DNA of 64,000 nt from contig NC_083288.1 of NCBI RefSeq assembly GCF_963506605.1, forward strand, positions 46,810,001-46,874,000. Reading direction: 5' to 3'. Shown piece by piece: positions 59,801 to 64,000 of this stretch. The stretch comes from Zootoca vivipara. Taxonomy: Eukaryota. Both the position numbers and the translations under genes were made by a program. The notes under the pieces are model-generated. The model did no database searches. It had not been told where the DNA came from and worked only from the letters and a program-made list of their open reading frames with translations. Each line of letters begins with the position of its first letter. Position 1 is the first letter of the stretch.

Positions 59801-62800
59801 TCTGCTATATGAAAGTAGCTCACTTTTTATACTTGTTCTGTGTTAGGTGCCGATCCATAAGCAATATTCATACAGAAGGGAGTAACATAATGCAAACCAA
59901 ATAGTATTTCAGTTAGCCAATTACTCCAAAGTGACACATCATAAAATGTGATATTTTAAATAAAAGAGTGCCCCTTTCCCTGTATGTTTAGCATGCACAG
60001 TATTTTAGCCTTCTGTTACTTTGTTATAACTTTTCCATCCACTAGACCAGGTATCCCCAAACTGCGGCCCTCTAGATGTTTTGCCCTACAACTCCCATGA
60101 TCCCTAGAAAACAGGACCAGTGTTCAGGGATGATGGGAATTGTAGGCCAAAACATCTGGAGGGCCGAAGTTTGGGAATTCCTGCACTAGACTGAAATAGC
60201 TCATTTTTTATATTTGGCCTTCACTTTATGTATGTATATATTTCTCTCCCCACCCCCCTTTCCCTTTGAATCAGCTCCACTACTTTCTGCAAGGCATTTC
60301 ATTTAACAACTCAGCAGGGGAAACAATGTCCTTTGATGAAAAAAGGGAAATGAGAAGTAGATTTGACATCACGAACATGATCACCTTCCCAAACAAGTCC
60401 TTCTTTCGAATGAAAGTTGGATGTGTTGATCCTGATGCTCTTGAAGGAGAAGCATTCATCATTCATGAAGATATGATTGTATGGCACAGAGGTTTTAATC
60501 AGGTCTCTATTCTCGGAATCCTTCTGTTCTCCACTGTTCTTATGATGTGTTCTATGGGTGTCAGGAAATTCCATTTTCTTTAACACTGTTGTTTGTATCT
60601 GATAGGGCAAAGGACAAATGTGTCTTCCTAGCACATTCAAATTTGATGTGGCTTTGAACTGCCTAGGGGAGGGGGAACCCTGCATTTCTGTAGAAGTAAT
60701 TTTTTCATTTATATTTACTATACCTTCAATACATAAAAAGCAAAGATTTGGCATATCCAATGAAATTGCAACCCCAGGGTCATCCACGACTGCACCTAAT
60801 GGTCAAGGGTACCTTTACCTTTAATAGATCCCATATGAAAGGTCCTAAGTTCAATCCCTTGCATTTCTAGGCATGGTTAAAATGAAGTCCTGGTGAGATA
60901 TTTTTCAATTGTTTTGCAGCATTTTGCAAAACATAGTGCATTTTGTTGAGCCCTCAAACTGTGTGGCTTACCTGCCAAATCAGGAGCCTTACCTGCCATC
61001 ACAATCCATGAATGCAAAACTTTGGCACAGGTTTGGAGTGGATTGGACAGTATTGGTTTTGGGGTGAGCAGGGTAGCACCTGGTTGGGGAATTCAGACAG
61101 TGATTGGAGAGCACCGCATAATGTTGAGTTTGTGCTGCAGAATGATTGCAAAATTTGTCATAGGTTTGGAGGGAATCCAAATAAGCGGGTTCATACTTAA
61201 TGCAGCTGTGTATGGCCGCTACTTATATTAAACCTTTTTATGCTGAGGGGTGAACTCCATTTAGAGAAGTCAAATAAGCAATTAGTTTCTCTGATCTCCT
61301 AAACTGCTTTTCTGCTATTGATAGGTGATTCCCCTTTCTCTGTGTAATGACCACTGCCACCCTGGGAACCAGAAGAAAAAGAAAGAAGGGGAAAAGTTTT
61401 GTTGCTATGGTTGTGTTCCATGTCCAGAAGGGGAAATTTCAAACCAGGATGGTGAGTTATGTGGAAATCATATATTGCATCCTATGAGGACACTGGACAG
61501 AGGGGGGGGGGTGAGTTGGGGCACATGATAAAAATGCCTAAAATCTGTGGAAGAATGGCAGATGAAATTGATGGATTATATGGAACTTGCTGAGATGACA
61601 GGGAGACTACGTGACCAGGGAGAAGAATTGGTGGAAGAAGACTGGGAAAAAATTAGAACGTATTTAAAAAAATATTGTAGAATTGATTTTGGAAACAGAT
61701 TTTCAAGTATATAGAAACTGAAGATTTTTGAATTATGTTAAAAATGTGTGATGTTTGAGGGAAGTTTACTTTAAACCAGAATGATTTAAATTCAAGATAT
61801 AGAATTTGCTAAAGAGAATTGGGAATGAACCGCAGAGGAGGGGAATTTGAGGAAGTTCTTTTTTCTTTTTTCTTTTAAAAAAGTCATGAAAAGTATAAGA
61901 TTAGAAATTGTATTTTATGTTATTTTTATTTTATTTTATTTTAATTATTTAGGCTGTGTTGTATGTGGGTTATTTATCTATGTATGGTTAATGCTTTATG
62001 TGTTTATATATAAAATACCAGTTTCTGGGAAGTGTGGGGGATGGGGAAAGACTTCTGTTTCACTCAGGTCCTGCTTGCAAGCTTCCCATAGGAATCTAGT
62101 TGGCCACTGAGAGATCAGGAAGCTGGATGAAATGGGCCATTGACTCTTCTTATCCCAAAGACAGTTTGAAGGATTTCTACTCAGCTATTACTTCTACTCA
62201 GCTATTATCAACTTAGCAGACAACCTATGATAACCTTAAAAATGAGTGAGAACAAAGGATTTATATATAAACACCAAAACACATGGTTCCAATAGATTGA
62301 ATTTCATGTCACCAAAGCGGTCACATGGAAGACAAAATACTGTTGAATCAATATTGAAATTTGGCCTTGTTTATATTTCAGATATGAATGACTGCTTCAG
62401 ATGCCCAAAAGCTCAGTATCCAAACAAGAACAAAGCTGCCTGCATTCAGAAAACGATGACCTTCCTTTCTTACGAAGAACCTTTGGGTATCAGTTTAGCA
62501 TCCATTGCCCTTTCTTTCTTCCTCATCACAGCTTTGGTGCTAGGAATATTCATTAAGTACAGAGAGACTCCGATAGTCAAAGCCAACAACCGGGACCTCA
62601 CCTACTCTCTCCTTGTCTCTCTCCTGCTCTGCTTCCTCTCTTCATTGCTATTTCTCGGTGAACCTAGCAAAGTCTCCTGCCTCCTCCGGCAACCAATGTT
62701 TGGCATGATCTTCTCTGTAGCCGTTTCTTGTGTGTTGGCCAAAACTGTCACTGTAGTTCTAGCTTTCTTGGCCACCAAGCCAGGGTCCAGCATGAGGAAG

Positions 62801-63283
62801 TGGATAAGAAAAAGACTGACAAATTCCATTGTCTTTTCCTGTTCTCTTATTCAATCAACTATTTGTATTGTCTGGTTGATGGCATCTCCCCCATTCCCTG
62901 AACTGGACATGCACTCTTTAGCTGAAGAAATCATTGTGCAATGTAATGAAGGCTCAGTCACCATGTTCTATTGTGTCCTGGGCTACATGTTCCTCTTGGC
63001 CATTGCCAGCTTCGTTGCCGCATTTGCAGCCCGCAAGTTACCTGACAGTTTTAATGAAGCCAAGTTCATTACCTTCAGCATGTTGCTCTTTTGCTGTGTT
63101 TGGCTGTCTTTTTTTCCAGCCTACCTGAGCACAAGAGGGAAACTCATGGTGGCTGTGGAGATCTTTTCCATTTTGTCCTCCAGTGCTGGGTTATTGGGCT
63201 GCATCTTTGCCCCTAAATACTACATCATTATTCTGAGGCCTGAGCTGAACAACAGAGAACAACTTATTAAGAAAAAGTATTAA
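56857..63283 (+). CDS. V2R gene E, vomeronasal type-2 receptor, 6 exons, about 873 aa, apparently intact (duplicate of A)
   Basis: Exons 56857-57071, 57708-57999, 58842-59699, 60275-60502, 61325-61451 and 62382-63283. GT-AG introns, 2622 nt open. Confidence 0.95.
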
Positions 63284-64000
63284 ACAATTGTTTTCGCCCT
63301 CACTCTGGTAAATTATTTCCATACACTCGAAACATTTGCCATATATACAATATTGGGATTATACAAACCCCCTCAGACTTTCCCCCATCTCACCCTGGTT
63401 TCCATAACAATCCTGCTAATGTTTCTAAATAGCTACAGTGGTTTTTAAGGTACTCAACAAAATTTTCCCATTCTTGTTTTAACATTTTTATCATCTTGAT
63501 GTCTGTTCTCTACGGTCATCTTTACGATTTCAGCAAAATCTTCATTTTGATAATCCACTCTTATTTTGTTAGGACCTTCTCTTCCTTCCACATCCTTTTC
63601 CAGGCTTTTAAGCCCTTCTGATAGTGTTTCATTTGCACTGGTAGCCTTCAGAATGAATTGCCCCTGCAATGCACATTTTGTGGGGCTGTCCCTAAGGCTG
63701 GCTTTTACAGCTAGTGCAAAATGCAGTGGCTCAGTTGCTGACTGGGGCAGAAATTCACCATCATGTCATGGCATTATTGATGTAAGTACTGAATTGCCTG
63801 CAAATAAGGTCAAGATGCAGCTTGGGATCAGAATACTTAAAAGATGCTCTTCCCAAAGTGAACAACTGAATCTAAGGATACAATTTCCCTCATATTCAGT
63901 GTCCAACTATTCCTCTAGAAGCTTAATGGGAAGAAAGGACTAGTCTTGAAAGTGTATTGAGCAGAAGGATGTCAATGTCCGTGGGAAGGTGGGAATGGTC

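Overview
Eukaryotic (squamate reptile, probably lacertid lizard) genomic DNA holding a tandem cluster of vomeronasal type-2 receptor (V2R, class C GPCR) genes. The organism call rests on the Sauria SINE, Bov-B LINE and V2R expansion. I assembled four apparently intact six-exon + strand genes by hand from splice sites: A 6997-14293, B 18054-27195, C 32006-38845 and E 56857-63283. A minus-strand paralog D (51219->45512) has five open, correctly phased ectodomain exons but no 7TM exon. There are also several minus-strand V2R pseudogene remnants and exon 1 of another D-like copy at the left edge. About 489-15010 is duplicated at about 50599-64000, with a third partial copy from 29474. The region carries many young transposon insertions with visible target-site duplications: a nested Bov-B/Gypsy structure, a 1.86-kb non-autonomous L1-like element, a truncated L1, a solo LTR, a Sauria SINE and hAT and Tc1/mariner MITEs. 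The most interesting candidate is gene D. It could make a soluble receptor-ectodomain protein of about 603 aa, ending at a stop in intron 5 and using a poly(A) site assembled from the retroelement junction that replaced its 7TM exon. That is a hypothesis from sequence only, and a recent pseudogenisation explains the same data.
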